Source: Okamejei kenojei (Eukaryota). From it: a stretch of DNA of 64,000 nt. The translations under genes and the position numbers were made by a program. The stretch's first letter is position 1. Each line of letters begins with the position of its first letter. Shown here one piece after another: positions 1-14,158 of the stretch. A model generated the notes under the pieces. That model saw nothing but the letters and a program-made list of their open reading frames with translations. It did not search any database and was not told where the DNA came from. The stretch is taken from positions 12,524,001-12,588,000 of the forward strand of contig CM069147.1 in NCBI GenBank assembly GCA_035221665.1, given 5' to 3'.

Positions 1-852
1 TTGGGGGCACTCAGTAGGTCAGGCAACATCTGTAGAAAAAGAAACAAGTTAATATTTCTGGTTGAAGACCCTTCGCTACAACTGGAGAAAAGAAAGCATG
101 TTTTGCTTTTGATTGCTGGCAAAATGGGGTTAGAATGGGTAGAATAACGGAAATGTCTCTGACGAGGTGAAATTGGTTGATCTGAAAACGAGAAGCTGGT
201 GCGACTTAGGTGGGGCAGGGATAGCGAGAGAGTGAATGTCGGGGGTTACTTGAGTTGGAGAAATCAAAATTCATACCACTGGGTTGTAAGCTGCCCAAGC
301 GAAATATGAGGTGTTGTTTCTCCAACTTGCTTTTAGCCTCACTCTGATAATGGAGGAAACCTAGGTCGGTGTGGGAATGGGAAGGAGAATTAAAGTGTTT
401 AGCAATCGGGAGATCGGGTAAGTTCAGCAGACTGAGTGAAGGTGTTCAGCGAAACGATCACCCAGTGTACTTTTGGTTTCACCGATGTATAAGAGTCCAC
501 ATCTTGAACAATCGATGCAATAGTGAACCTCTGCCTAACTTGAAAGGACTGTCAGGGTCCCTAGACAGAGTCGAGGGAGAAGGTATAGGGACAGGTGTTG
601 CATCTTCTGCGGTTGTTGGAGAAGGTACCTGGGGAGGGGGTGGCTTGGGTGGGAAGGGATGAGTTAACCAGCGGGTTGCAAAGGGAACGGTCTCTGTGGA
701 AGGCAGAAAGGGGTGGAGATGGGAAGATGTGACTAGTGTTGGGATCCCTGTTGGAGGTGGCAAAAATGTTGGTGGATTATGTGTTGTATGCAACGGCAGA
801 TGTAAGGACTGGGTGGGGGGTTTAAACCAGCATCTGTAGTTCCCTCCTACAC
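1..852 (-). mobile_element. Penelope-like element 3' fragment (linker and GIY-YIG endonuclease, degraded)
   Basis: Minus-strand frames give PLSAFHRDRSL...RRRCNTCP and YCIxCSRCGLLYIGETKSTLGDRFAEH...HFNS...HLIFRLGSLQPSGMN (YIGET at 475-489). pLTR-like sequence flanks both sides. Confidence 0.85.
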
Positions 853-1094
853 TTGAACCACTAGATGTCTCTGTTCTACAACGCTACAGAACTCTGTCAT
901 TTACTGTGAAGTCTTGCTCTGGTTTAACTTCTCAAAATGCAACACTTCACAAAGTCTCTTATATATTACTAATGACAGCTGAGAGAGGGGAATACTGACA
1001 CAAGATCACAAATGAATGACTGTCAGAAATACCCAGTTCTCATATACACAGTAAGAAAAAGTAAATTACTTAAATTTAGAAAATTAAATTCTGT

Positions 1095-1600
1095 CCTAGT
1101 GAGACCACACCTGGAGTATTGTGTGCAGTTTTGGTCCCCTAATTTGAGGAAGGACATTCTTGCTATTGAGGGAATGCAGCATAGGTTTACAAGGTTAATT
1201 TTCCGGGATGGTGGGACACTCTGGAGTATAGAAGGATGAGTGGGTATCTCATTGAAACATATAAGATTGTTAAGGGCTTGGACACACTTGTTCCCGATGG
1301 GGGAGTCCAGAACCAGGGGCCACCGTTTAAGAATACGGTGTAAGCCATTTAGAACGGAGTCGAGGAAACACTTTTTCTCACAGAGAGTGGTGAGTCTGTG
1401 GAATTCTCTGCCTCAGAGGGCAGTGGAGGCAGGTTCTCTGGATGCTTTCAAGAGAGAGCTAGATAGGGCTCTTAAAATTAGCAGAGTCAGGGGATATGGG
1501 GAGAAGGCAGGAACGGGGTACTGATTGGGGATGATCAGCCATGATCACATTGAATGGCTTGAAGGGCCAAATGACCTACCCCTGCACCTATTGTCTATTG
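1095..1600 (+). mobile_element. CR1 LINE 3' fragment
   Basis: [15 protein letters not shown] and FFSQRVVSLWNSLP motifs, followed by a CR1 3' UTR tail. Confidence 0.9.
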
Positions 1601-2008
1601 ACCTGCCAATTTCCATACCTGAAAAGTAATTTATAATGAATAATCCTTCCAAATAAGCTTTTAAAAGTTACTTTTCACCACTTTTGACTTTTTGAAGCCT
1701 ACTAATACAGTAGTTGAATATATAGTTTAAATCATAAATAGCATTAAATAATAATCCTCCTGGATAATAGTTGATCTTTGCACTGCTCTGGTTGCCCAGT
1801 TCAATTTTTGGAATCTAAAATGACAGTCTTTTAGTATGGATATTTATGTTTCCTTAAATGTCGAAAAACAGAAAATGCTGGGAGTACAGGCTAATTATGG
1901 GAGTGGTCAAAAGTGAGAAAACTGTTAATATTTTAGGGTGATCATTTTTTTCCTTGTAGCTGTTGCCTGATGTTACCAATATGTTTTGTTTTAAATTTCT
2001 GTTTCTGT

Positions 2009-2207
2009 NNNNNNNNNNNNNNNNNNNNNNNNNNNNNNNNNNNNNNNNNNNNNNNNNNNNNNNNNNNNNNNNNNNNNNNNNNNNNNNNNNNNNNNNNNNN
2101 NNNNNNNNNNNNNNNNNNNNNNNNNNNNNNNNNNNNNNNNNNNNNNNNNNNNNNNNNNNNNNNNNNNNNNNNNNNNNNNNNNNNNNNNNNNNNNNNNNNN
2201 NNNNNNN
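2009..2207. other. Assembly gap
   Basis: Run of N. Confidence 1.
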
Positions 2208-2819
2208 CATTTCAAATTGACGTCCAAGCCACCTGCTGAATATTTTTACATAGAGAGGCAGTAATCCTTTTTCTTGTGGGAGGGGCTAAAACAGGTAAAG
2301 AGTATGGCTTCAGATTGCGTTAGTAGGTTACTTGTGCTCGGGTCTTCACAAAAGATAAGAGAGTAGCCCATAGCAACAATAGTCCTTGCAATTTTTAAAG
2401 ATCTTTATCTAGATAGGTAATGCAAAACACATTTTCCCATCTACAGTAATGTATTGAACTATTTGGTTTGTAATGGAAGCTAATTGCTTATGATACCCTT
2501 AATATAATACATAAATTATTACTAAAAGATGGCCAAGTTTGAAATCATTGTTGGGGAATGTCATGGTGGGAGATGTTTCCATGAATTTCTTGCTGTTATA
2601 CTTTGGAAATAACGCCATAAACGTGGTGTTGACTTCTTAATCATATTTTTTTCTTGTGTATGATTTCATCAGTTTACTGAGGTATTATGCACCGCTCACT
2701 GGCTTTTTATCTTAAGACTGAAGCATCCTAGATGTTGTAGATTCTTTTAAAAAACCCTCTGGATTGCAAAAAGTGTGAGGAACATTGCCGAGAGTAATGA
2801 AAATAAATGTTATACTTTA

Positions 2820-3559
2820 CTAGACCAAGGGGGACTCGTTGGATCCTGTACCCTCAACGCGAGGGAGAGAGGGGAGTGGAAGAGAGATGGAGGAGGAAGA
2901 AGGATGGCGGGGGAAGAAGAGAAAGGCTGGGGGGAGGGAGAGGGAGAGAGAGGGGAGGGGGAGCGAGAGTCTGGAGGGCGGGGGGGAGAGGCCGGGGGAG
3001 GGGGAAGGAAGCCCAGTGGGAGGGGAGAGAGAGAGAGAGCGCTGGGGGGGGGGAGGGGAAGAGAGAGCCCAGGGCTCTCTCTTCCCCTCCCTAATACAGG
3101 GCCCGTCTTGCACGTTCTTCACTCTCAGTGAATGCCGCAATCTGAAAAGCGAGCGGGGAGTGGAGGAGGGGAGCGGGCAGCGGTGTTCGTGTCAACCAAA
3201 TTACTGCGTGTTCAGCGGCTTCTATCCAGAGCCCGGGGGGGGGGGGGGGGGGCGGCCTGCCAAGTGCGAGTCGACTGTGAGCGGACGGCGACCCTGCGAG
3301 TGGGGGGGGGGGATAATGGGGTAGCTCGCAGCGCGTGGAAAACGGTGCGCAGCAGGCCGCGCGAGCAGACCCATTTTGTGACGTCATCGGCTCGTTTATT
3401 TTCTAAGTTATTTGAAGCTTGTGAACATTTTCACAAATAACTCAAGAAATAAAGCTCAAATTTTTCAGGTAAGACGATTTTGGAGTCCCGTATAAAACTT
3501 AAGAAGAATATGTTTTTGAAAAAAATTGCCGTAAGGGCGTCGTTTTTTGGAGCAGATGT

Positions 3560-3627
<68 letters not shown>

Positions 3628-3653
3628 TATCAGACTTTTTAATAGTTATATGA
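2820..3653 (-). mobile_element. Non-autonomous Helitron
   Basis: On the minus strand it starts A|TCATATAACTATTAAAA (3653) and ends with a degenerate hairpin GGATCC-AAC-GAGTCC then CTTGGT-CTAG|T (2820). It has no TSD and sits at an A|T site. The 3' end matches the element ending at 55774. It contains (CT)n(CA)n at 3562-3627 and a GC-rich interior. Confidence 0.75.
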
Positions 3654-3711
3654 TATCCATTCTCATATTCTTATGATGCATATAACTGAAAATCATCGTG
3701 TTTCTTTTTAA

Positions 3712-3912
<201 letters not shown>

Positions 3913-4545
3913 TAAATATTTATCGTGTTGAGATAATCAAGATTTAAAATGTCAGAATGCGGTTTTGTGTTTTGGCAATATATATATATTTTTTAAATTC
4001 CCTGTATTCTATAAGAAATCTCTCACTGTTAGGTTCCAGCATTTTGTTTCATACAATAGCAGAGAAAATTTGCCGTGCTATTTGTGGCAAAAACAACTTG
4101 TTCAGACCTACATAACGGTCATATTTGGTCATATTTTTATCCATGATATAACAGAAAGCAAAACCTTATGATATGAGGGCTAGTTTACCTTTTGTGTGGG
4201 CAGAAAATATCAAACACATTTGGCGGGTGAAAATGACAAATGACCCGACTGTGATGGAGACGAGCAATGAAAAAAGTAATCAAATTTCCATTAAAGAACC
4301 TTGGTGATGGTGTAACGTGGGCTCACTATTCCCCAACCTGCACTTAATTCTGGGGACAATTGGTCTATGAAACCAGTTCTTGGGCCATTGTTCCACAGGG
4401 TCTGACCAGTGAACGCAAGTTCCACCTTCAGAATTATTGTAGTAACCAATTAAGCCACTCTGTCAACATTTTTTTTAACTGTCATCTAAATATTGAAAGT
4501 TCTTCATTCTATTAATAATACTAATAAAATTATAAACACTAAACT

Positions 4546-6450
4546 TGGGACGGGTTGCACCTAAACTGGAGGGGGACCAACATCCTAGCGGGAAGGTTTG
4601 CTAATGCTATACCGGGGAAGGGTTAAACTAGATTGGTAAGGGGGTGGGATATCGTATAGGACAGAGGCTAGAAGTTGGTATGGAGGGTGGTGTGGAAAAC
4701 GTTAGTGGACAGAATAGGCAGGTGAAAGGCTGAGAGCGAAGAAGGAAGGTTGGTGTAAACTGCACGTATTTTAATGCAAAGGGCCTGACGGGTAAGGCAG
4801 ATGAGCTTAGGGCATGGATAGGTACATGCGACTGAGACGTAGCCATCACTGAAACCTAATTTATGGGCGGTTTCATAATTTATGGGCAGGACTGGCAGTT
4901 CAATGTTCTGGGATATAGGAGTTTCAGGAGAGACAGGTGAGAGAAAAAGAGAAGGGGGGTTGCCATTGTTGGTTAAGGAGGATGTCACGGCTGTGTTCAG
5001 AGGTGACGCTACGGGTGGTTCGTCTAGTAAGGCTATATGGGTGGAGCTGAGGAACAAGAAAGGGATGATCACCTTGTTGGTGGTGTACTACAGACCCCCA
5101 AATAGTCAACGGGAATTAGAAGAACAAATGTGCTGGGAGATTGCAGGCAGCTGCCTGTCAGAAAAGGTGGTTGTAGTAGGGGATTTTAACTTTTCCAATA
5201 TAGACTGGGAAAAATCATAGCTTGTGAACGGTTTAGATAGGGTGCAATTCTATAAAAGTGTTTTTGAAGACGTGATTAAAATGGTTGATGAGGGCAGAGC
5301 TGTAGGTGTTGTGCACATGGACTTCAGTAAGGTGTTCGACAAGGTTAGGCATGGTAGGTTGCTCTGGAAGGTTAGATCTCACGGGATCCAAGGAGAGATT
5401 ACTGAATGAATAACAAATTGGCTTGATGGAAGGAAGCATGGTGATGGTGGAATGTAGCTTCTCGGACTGGAGTCCTTGACTAGTCGTGTGCCTCAGGGTT
5501 CGGTGTTGGGCCCATTACTGTTTGTCATCTACATCAATGATTTGGATGAGAACTTACAGGGCAAGATTAGCGAGTTTGCTGATGATACAAAAGTTAGTGG
5601 TTTTGCAGATAGTGAAGATGGTTGTGAAAGATTGCAGCAGGATCTGGATCGCTTGGCCAGGTGGGTTGAGGAATGGTTGATGTTGCATTTTGGGACGGTG
5701 AACAAGGGCAGGACCTACACAGTGAATAGCAGGCCTCTGGGTAGAGTTGTAGAGCAAGGGGGTTCGAGGAGTGCAGGTGCATTGCTCCTTGAAGGTCGAG
5801 TCGCAGGTAGATAAGGTGGTCAAAAGGTTTTTGGCACTTTGGCCTTCATCATTCAGATTATTGAGTGTAGAAGTTGGGAGGTCAGGTTGGACTTGTATTG
5901 GTAAGACTGCATTTAGAAAATTGTGTTCAGTTCTGGGCACCAGGTTATAGGAAAGATATTGTCAAGCTTGAAAGGGTTCAGAAAAGATTTACAAGGATGT
6001 TTCCAGGACTAGAATGTGTGAGCTATAGGGGGAGGTTGAGTAGGCTGAATCTCTATTCCATGGAGCGCAGGAGGATGAGGGGGGATCTTAGAGTTATACA
6101 AAATCATAAGAATAGATCGGGTAGATGCACAAAGTCTTTAGCCCACAGTAGGGGAATCGAGGACCAGAGGACATAGGGTTCAAGGTGAAGGGGAAAATAT
6201 TTAATAGGAATCCGGGGGATAACCTTTTCACACGATGGGTGTATGGAACAAGCTGCCAGAGGAGGTATTTGAGGCTGGGACTATTGCATCATTTAAGAAA
6301 CAGTTAAAGCGGTCGGTACATGGATAGGACAGGTTTGGAGGGATATGGACCAAGTGCAGGCATAGGGGACTTGTGTAACTGTGACATTGTTGGCAGTGTG
6401 GGCGACTTGGGTCGAAGGGCCTGTTCCACACTGTATCGCCTATGACTCTA
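4546..6450 (+). mobile_element. CR1 LINE, internally deleted (ORF1 esterase end, APE endonuclease, RT)
   Basis: DGLHLNWRGTNILAGRFA (SGNH esterase-like), YYRPPN/VVGDFNF (APE), [22 protein letters not shown] and FADDTK (RT). Multiple stops and frameshifts. Confidence 0.92.
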
Positions 6451-6502
6451 TTAATGTTAAAATAATTAAAGTTTTCAAACAGTGGAAAGGTATATCAACA
6501 GA

Positions 6503-6682
6503 TAATAGGTGTGTGTGTGGCCATTCGGCCCTTCGAGCCAGCACAGCCATTCAATGTGGTAATGGCTGATCACAATCGGTATCCCGTTCCTGCCTTCTCC
6601 CCATATCCCCTAACTCCACTATCTTTAAGAGCCCTATCAAGCTATCTCATGAAAGTATCCAGAGAACCGGCCTCCACTGCCG
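6503..6682 (-). mobile_element. CR1 3' end fragment
   Basis: ggccattcggcccttcgagcc...ccttctccccatatcccc is the reverse complement of the CR1 tail seen elsewhere in the window. Confidence 0.8.
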
Positions 6683-6751
6683 TCATATGTTTTAATTTTA
6701 GTTGCTAGTTAAAATCATGTAAGCAAGCTCACACGCGGGCCTAGTGGACGA

Positions 6752-6995
6752 TAACATCGGAGGCCTGGATCGCCTCAGCGCAGAGGGAGATCAAGGAGGG
6801 AAGAAGACAAAGACTTTAAGACTTTTGCCCTCCACCACAGTGAGGAGGTGCTTGGTGAACTCACTGTGGTGGATGTTCAATATGTGTTTATTGTGTGTTT
6901 TGTTTTTTATAATATGTTATGACTGCAAGGTAACAAAATTTCGTTCAGACCGAAAGGTCTGAATGACAATAAAGGATACTTTACTTTACTTTACT
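6752..6995 (+). mobile_element. Hairpin-bearing interspersed repeat (SINE or LINE 3' UTR), copy 1
   Basis: Homologous to 33140-33365 and 63828-64000. Two stem-loops, AATAAA and a (TTTAC)n tail. Confidence 0.7.
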
Positions 6996-7699
6996 CTCCC
7001 CACAATAGGTTGAGAGAGTAAAGAGAGGAAATTGGTGAGGCCTTGACAAAGATATTCAAATCCTCTCTAGCTACAGACCATCCCCAGGAAGACTAAAGAG
7101 TAGCCATTGGTGTTCCTTTGTTTAAGAAGGGAAATGGAGATAATCCAGGACGTATGGAATATATATAACTATGGAGATATGGCTATATATAGGTGCTGGC
7201 CCTGCAGCCAATATACTTGAAAATATAGTTAGCATTCTTCCAGTGAATGTGGTTAATCCACTGCAGATATTGTTGGTTTAGTAATGAATATGTGTTGACT
7301 GATATTCTAGAATGTGCTAATTTAAATTGGTGACTAGTAGAGGATGCCTAAAATGTATATGAGATAGTAACATTTAGGACATTTTGGAGCATTTCCTTGT
7401 TCTGACCTCACTACTGAAAAGAAATGGAGTAAGGCTTGGTATTTCTATTATTTGGTATTGTGTGCCAAATTATTGTTTGTCCTCTTTATTGCTTACTATT
7501 CAAATACATATAACTGTAAGTAATCACCACTGCACTAAAAATGTAACTTCTTATGAATCTGCAGCTGGTGAATGAACTTTACTTAAAATATGTGTTTAGG
7601 AAAAAATGTTTAGTTAAATCTGCCTGATAAAAATAATTAGTTTTCATTTTATTTAAACTGCAGGGGGATGAATAAATTGCATCATTCTAAAACTGAAAT

Positions 7700-8347
7700 T
7701 TGACACACTCATTTACAAATTGTGTAAAAATTACAAAATTTTGGATATAAATATTTAGGATAATTTCGAATGTTGTTAATATGAACCTGACTCTTGACTC
7801 AAAGTTAATAATACTGGGAATACTGGAAACAGATCAATTAATAACAACAAATCAAATAATTTTTATTGATTATAGTTTAATAATTGGGAAAAAAATAATA
7901 TTAAAATTCTGGAAAGGTCCTACATCCCCACAATCAAAATGTGGAATACAGAAATGTCGGAGACACTCCATCTGGAAAGATTGAGGCTCGTCCTAATGGA
8001 CTGGTTGGATCTTTTCAGAGGGATATGGTCTCCATATATTGAATATCTACAGGGTCAAAATGGCTCGGTGCGAGAGCCTGACTGAGACCTGAATAATAGA
8101 ATAGATGAAGAATTACGTATAACAAATCATGGATATATCTCCAACGATGGATAACTTTTTAACACTGCATTTACTTCCTTATTTTCGATTTTTTACCTCT
8201 ATTATTTTTCTCTATCCTTTCTTACTTATTAAAAAAAAATGTATAGAAATATAAAGTCTTAAATGTTAATATTAATAATATTATGAACGTATGTAAGAAG
8301 TATTTTCTATTAATATGTATTTACAACTAATAAAAAATATTCATCAG
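7700..8347 (+). mobile_element. 5'-truncated L1-clade LINE with 12-bp TSD
   Basis: Closely matches the 3' end of the copy at 41422-43191. TSD TAAAACTGAAAT at 7688-7699 and 8348-8359. Confidence 0.9.
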
Positions 8348-8435
8348 TAAAACTGAAATCAATTGTTGTAAACCTAAGCATGCAGTGGTGAAATAATGAA
8401 ACAACAATATTAAAATAGGGTTTTTGCAATTGTAG

Positions 8436-8569
8436 GTACTAAACCACATAAGTGCCCTGATTGTGATATGGCATTTGTAACCAGTGGAGAATTGGTGAGG
8501 CACCGTCGCTACAAACACACCCATGAGAAGCCATTTAAATGTTCCATGTGTGACTATGCTAGTGTGGAG
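8436..8569 (+). CDS. CTCF: CTCF coding exon (ZF3, start of ZF4)
   Basis: tgtag|GT...GAG|gtaaga. Translates [45 protein letters not shown]. Phase matches both neighbouring exons. Confidence 0.98.
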
Positions 8570-9150
8570 GTAAGAGTGAAATATTAAATCTTTGTCTTCG
8601 TTAGATTTTATGAAACATTAGCAGGATTGAAATTAATGTATACCTTTTAAAGAAATAAAAAACTAATATGTACAAGGACTTCTGATGGGATTCCCTTGTT
8701 AGGGAAACATTAATGTATGGTACATTATTGAGTATGGTGCAGAAACAACAGTTGAACTTAATTTTGTAGCATTTCACGCTTTATGGAAGTATTGTAATGA
8801 ACAATATTGAAGACAAATGTATTTGAAATTTATTAAAAATGCCGTTCAAATGTCCACAAGACAAAGATAGAATGGAATGAATGCTGTTTAACAATTTGAA
8901 TTAGTGTTTCAAAATTAAATGTAAATAATATGGTAATCTACTTTCAAATTAACATTGATCTTGAGAAGACTGTCCAAAATAATGTATTTTGGGAGGTTTG
9001 GTAATGATATTGGGCACCAAAATGTAAATACAGTCAATAGATTGAAGTGATAATTAGTTGAACAAAAAGAGTGAGTGATTGAATAATTAATTGGGCCAAA
9101 GTTATAATACTCCGTTATAAAATGTTCTTATTCTCAGCACTAAAGGGTAA

Positions 9151-9396
<246 letters not shown>

Positions 9397-9796
9397 TAAT
9401 TTATGTTTCTGGCAGAGTTAAATTATTTTAGAGCTAGTAAAGAAAATAATTGGTGATGTTACATTGTAATGTCACATCAGGTAATGTTCAGACCTTTATT
9501 TATAGCTTGGTATTCCTTTACAAAGTTCTTCTCAACAACGGGTACTATTCTCAGATGTGCCATTTCCAGAGTATTGGAGGAGGATAATTATCAGAATCCA
9601 TATGAGATAACGATGTAGGTGTTGCATTTTGGACAAATGCAGGCCCACACCAATCTCTTGCTCCAAGTAATGATGCCGTGATGATATATTTATCACCTTT
9701 AAAGACTAGCTTCAACATTTAACCAAGCTTTATCCAGTGATAAAGCTGGACAATCTCACGTGTGTAATGAAGCTTTCTCTCTGAAAATTCTAGTTT

Positions 9797-10088
9797 TGTT
9801 TAGAAATACAGCGCGGAATCAGGCCATTTAGCCCACCGAGACCGCTCCGACCAACGATCCACGCTCATTAATACTACCCTACACACTAGGGACAATTTAC
9901 ACTTACACCAAGCCAATTAACCTACAAACCTGTACGTCTTTGGTGTGTGGGAGGAAGCCGAAAATATCTGATAAAACCCACACAGTCACGGGGAGAACGT
10001 ACAAACTCCATACAGACAGTAGTCGGGATTGACCTGGATCTCCTGCACTGTAAGGTAGCAGCTCTACCGCTGCGCCACCTTGCTGCCC
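9797..10088 (-). mobile_element. tRNA-derived V-SINE
   Basis: Minus strand has a GGTGGCGCAGCGGTAGAG head and the V-domain GGAGTTTGTACGTTCTCCCCGTG...CCTCCCACAC. Many copies occur in the window. Confidence 0.85.
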
Positions 10089-10239
10089 AGTATGCTTCAT
10101 TTTTAACATTGAAGCAAATCATTTGGTGTTAAAACTCATAAATGTTTTAGTGTAAATTTTGTTGCTTTGTTGCACACAAAAAGTGTGCAAAACTACCATT
10201 CATTGTACGAATCTTTAGCAGAGTATTCTTCTAGTGTGA

Positions 10240-10434
<195 letters not shown>

Positions 10435-11374
10435 TAAATGTGTTTCCAGGCCAATGCCATTTCAAATTTATTTTGTATACATTTGTAGCAAATAGTCATA
10501 TACAATACATAAACAATATTATCCAAGCAAACATTAGTGAGGGACACGCACAATGTCTTCAAAGCTAAGGTTTTGCTCCATGTGATCTGTAATTCATTGA
10601 ATTTTGTGGGAACAAAAATATTAACGTAACACTTAGGTTCATACACTTTGCTTTTCACCCGAATGTGCTCGCTATGTTTACTTTCGTTTCTTCGTTCATT
10701 CTTTCCCTTCTATTATCTCCAAAGAAAAACACCAAAAAAAATTATAGAGAGCATTGAAAAGCTATACACTATAGAACTTTGATAGTAGATAAAATAAATG
10801 TCTGATTTCTTGGGCTGAACAAGACGTACTTGCATGAAGTACAATTTTTTTTAATTTTTGTTTAATGCAATGATGCTAGGAGGAGACCATTGTAGGCACA
10901 TGCTTGTTCCTATTTAATCCTATCATCACATTGCTTGACTGCGTGCATACAATATCGCCGTTATATTTTTTGGCTACCAATTCCAAATAACTACTTGTAA
11001 GATCCATTTTCTGATGGGCAAAGAAAAATAATTTAACTTCAATACTTGTTGTCATAGAGAAGAGAAGCATTTTATTGTCACTAAGTAAGCTTTTCGTTTT
11101 GTTTCTTATATGCTTTGACTAAGATTTTATATTACGTTATATTAGCAGTGTGGTAAAAAGTAAATTAAGATTTGTCACTGCATTAACGTGACATTACTGT
11201 TTTTTACACCTAATTTATTTCTCGTTGTTATTTGTCTTTTTTCGGAGATTTGTGTAATAGACTCACTCAAAACAATGATTCAAAAATTTCAAAAAAATAT
11301 CTGGCACAGAGCATCACATAGGATGCTTGTGGTACATTCAGAATCTTTCTTATTTCCGCCATATAGTGAGATAA

Positions 11375-11623
<249 letters not shown>

Positions 11624-12067
11624 TAGTTGAAACACCCGTATTAATTTAACTGTGGGTGGCAGGGTGGTATATTTAGTACATTTTAGGTTTTTATGATGAC
11701 AGTTTTAGATCAGAGAAATTGAAATTCTGGGGAATTTTACTTCATAGAAAGTCGGTCAGTGGGAATGTGGTAACATGGATATGGAACTTGGTTCTGAATT
11801 AAATGTGGCTCGCGTCAATCTGTGCAGTGTAAATGATGAAGAAATAATCTACAAGTAGTGGAAAATTAGCAATTTTGCTGAGAAATAGAATGGATTTTGA
11901 ACTGCCAATTTTTTCATCATGAATAAGTGGTAGGTGTGCATTTTGAATTAAAGTAATGATAGAGATGCTCATGGCAAGGGCCAAAAGTAATTTGTCAAAT
12001 GTTCATAACCTTTCGGTGCATGCCATATTACTTACTATGTTAATGCTGTTCCATTTCTTTCCTGCAG

Positions 12068-12250
12068 GAACGTCACATGGTGATGCACAAACGTACTCAT
12101 ACTGGAGAAAAGCCTTATTCATGCAACCAGTGTGATAAAACCTTTCGGCAGAAACAACTGTTGGACATGCACTTCAAGCGCTACCATGATCCTAGTTTTA
12201 TTCCTGCTACGTTTATGTGCTCAAAATGTTCAAAAGCCTTCACTCGTAAG
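12068..12250 (+). CDS. CTCF: CTCF coding exon (ZF9-ZF11)
   Basis: ctgcag|GAA...AAG|gtatca. Translates [61 protein letters not shown]. Confidence 0.98.
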
Positions 12251-12781
12251 GTATCAAATATCTTAGATTTGTTCATTGCTAGCAGGTTATGTACAAATGT
12301 ACAAAAAAAATACTAGAAAAAATGGAAGGTTTTGAAGGAGGGTTGTAGTGATGTGCTGCTCCTTCACAAATTAACATTACTTTTTTTCATTTGTGAATAG
12401 CACTTTTTTTTTTTCAAGAGCACATTTTGGTGCTTGTTTCCCCCAAGCGTAGTACTTTCCTAAGCAGTACTTTTCAATTGAAGGGAAACATATTTATCGA
12501 AAGTATTTGAAGTCACGGCGCAAGGAAAAAAGACCACTGAATCCATACTGACCATCAGCACCCGTCTACACTAATGATGTGTATAGGACCTCTTCTATTG
12601 CAGGCTGGGTTCTGGAATCCTAGCTTAATCACCATAACTTTGCTTGTTTGTAAGTAATCAAGTGCAAAAGCATATCTAAAACTGATGGAGATACATCAAT
12701 GGGCTCCATACAGTCACACCAAAATATCTTCAACTACTGTTAAAATATGTTAGTCTGCTTTTGAAACAATATAGTTTTACT

Positions 12782-13735
12782 GGGGAGAAGGAATGGGTGA
12801 TGTTTCAGGTCGTGACCCCCTGTTCAAACTGTTTGAAACATCACCCATTCCTTCTCTCCAGGGATGCTGCCTGTCCCGCTGAGCCACTCCAGCATTTTGT
12901 GTCTATCTTTGGTTTAAACCAGCATCTGCAGTTCTGAAGAAGGGTCTCGACCCAAAACGTTACCCATTCCTTCTCTCCAAAGATGCTGCCTGTCCCCTTC
13001 AGAGCTATCAAGTAGTACGGATTTTCTGTCAGTTTAACGCGTGGGAATTTAAACGAAGAAATGTCGGCTGCGCGCTGTGGGTTCTAAATATAGCGCTACC
13101 GCTGGAGCTCTATGGGCTTTAAACACAGCGCTATGGCCACAGACTGTTCAGGGAAATTCTCGTATAACAATGAGTCTTTGGAATTCTCTTTGAGCCTTTG
13201 ATTATTTTTCAGGCAGTGGTAGAATTCTGGATAAGTCTAGTGGTGAAAGGTTACCAGTGGGATTGCAGTTACATTAGGATTGGCCTTGATTTTACAGAAC
13301 GGTCGATGGGTTCAAGGGAGAGAGGGAGAGGAGGGAGGGAATAAGAGGGAGGAAGAGGGGGAGGGTGGGAGGGAGGGGGAGAGAGAAAGAAAGGGAGTGA
13401 GGGAGGGAGAGGGATGCTTCCAAAATGGCTTCTACATCATCATCTGGTGCTAAAAGCAGGAAGCAGCCATTCAAACAGCATTATGCAAAGAGATGGCAAT
13501 GAATGCGCTGTCAAGTACAGTGCGTAGAAGACGTGCCAATTGGTAGCAAAATTATGCATTCGTGTACTCTTACATGGGTATGACCACACATTTAAAAAAT
13601 ACATTTTTTTCCACAAAAATACTGATTTCCTCAGCAAAATACTGATTTTCAGATACTAGAATACTGAAATGCTCTGACAAAACTTGGCAGCTGAGTTACT
13701 CCAGCATTTTTTGCCTATCTTCGGTTTAAACCAGC
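12782..13735 (+). mobile_element. Tandem Penelope pLTR-derived repeats interrupted by a TIR element (about 13000-13693)
   Basis: Inverted plus tandem copies of the 'cacccattccttctctcca...ctgagttactccagcatttt...aaaccagca' repeat. The insert has imperfect TIRs CAGAGCTATCAAGT / ACTTGGCAGCTG. Confidence 0.65.
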
Positions 13736-14022
13736 AGAAATCGATAGCAGAAATTGAAAATGCTAGTAATATACCACAGGTTATTTAGAGTCAGATGAAT
13801 GCATCTTGGGTGACGTATTTTCAGCATTTATATCTTTTTCATGTAAAGTTGGACTGCTGGTTAATCCCACACCATAAAGAAAAGAATGCAATATTTAGAA
13901 TGTTAATGCGGTTATTGTATTTTTTCCAAAAGTTGGAATCAAATTAGTGTTTTTGTTAACTGAAGTTTTTTTGCATTAAAAAATTCAAGTACATATTGAT
14001 CTTCCTGCTTTGCATTTTGCAG

Positions 14023-14158
14023 AATACGATGACAAAACATGCTGAGAATTGTAGTGGACCAGGAGGCGAGGAAGGAGATGCAGCAGAACGCAAGAAGAGC
14101 AAGGGACGAGGGAGGAAGCGGAAAATGCAATCTAAGAAAGGAGATTCTTCTGATAGTG
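14023..14158 (+). CDS. CTCF: CTCF coding exon (end of C2HC ZF11, basic RNA-binding segment)
   Basis: ttgcag|AAT...AGTG|gtaatt. Translates [45 protein letters not shown]. Confidence 0.97.

Noticed and set aside
1854-2239. ORFs spanning N runs (also 52440-53183)
   Set aside because: Artefacts of translating through assembly gaps.
2775-3470. GC-rich block as the canonical CTCF CpG-island promoter, or its G/E/R-rich ORFs as proteins
   Set aside because: The block is bounded by Helitron termini shared with the element ending at 55774, and it lies where an internal intron is expected. The ORFs are low-complexity artefacts.
9797-10088. tRNA genes at SINE heads (also 62149-62215)
   Set aside because: The A/B-box-like heads run straight into the V-domain and LINE-like tail, with no full cloverleaf.
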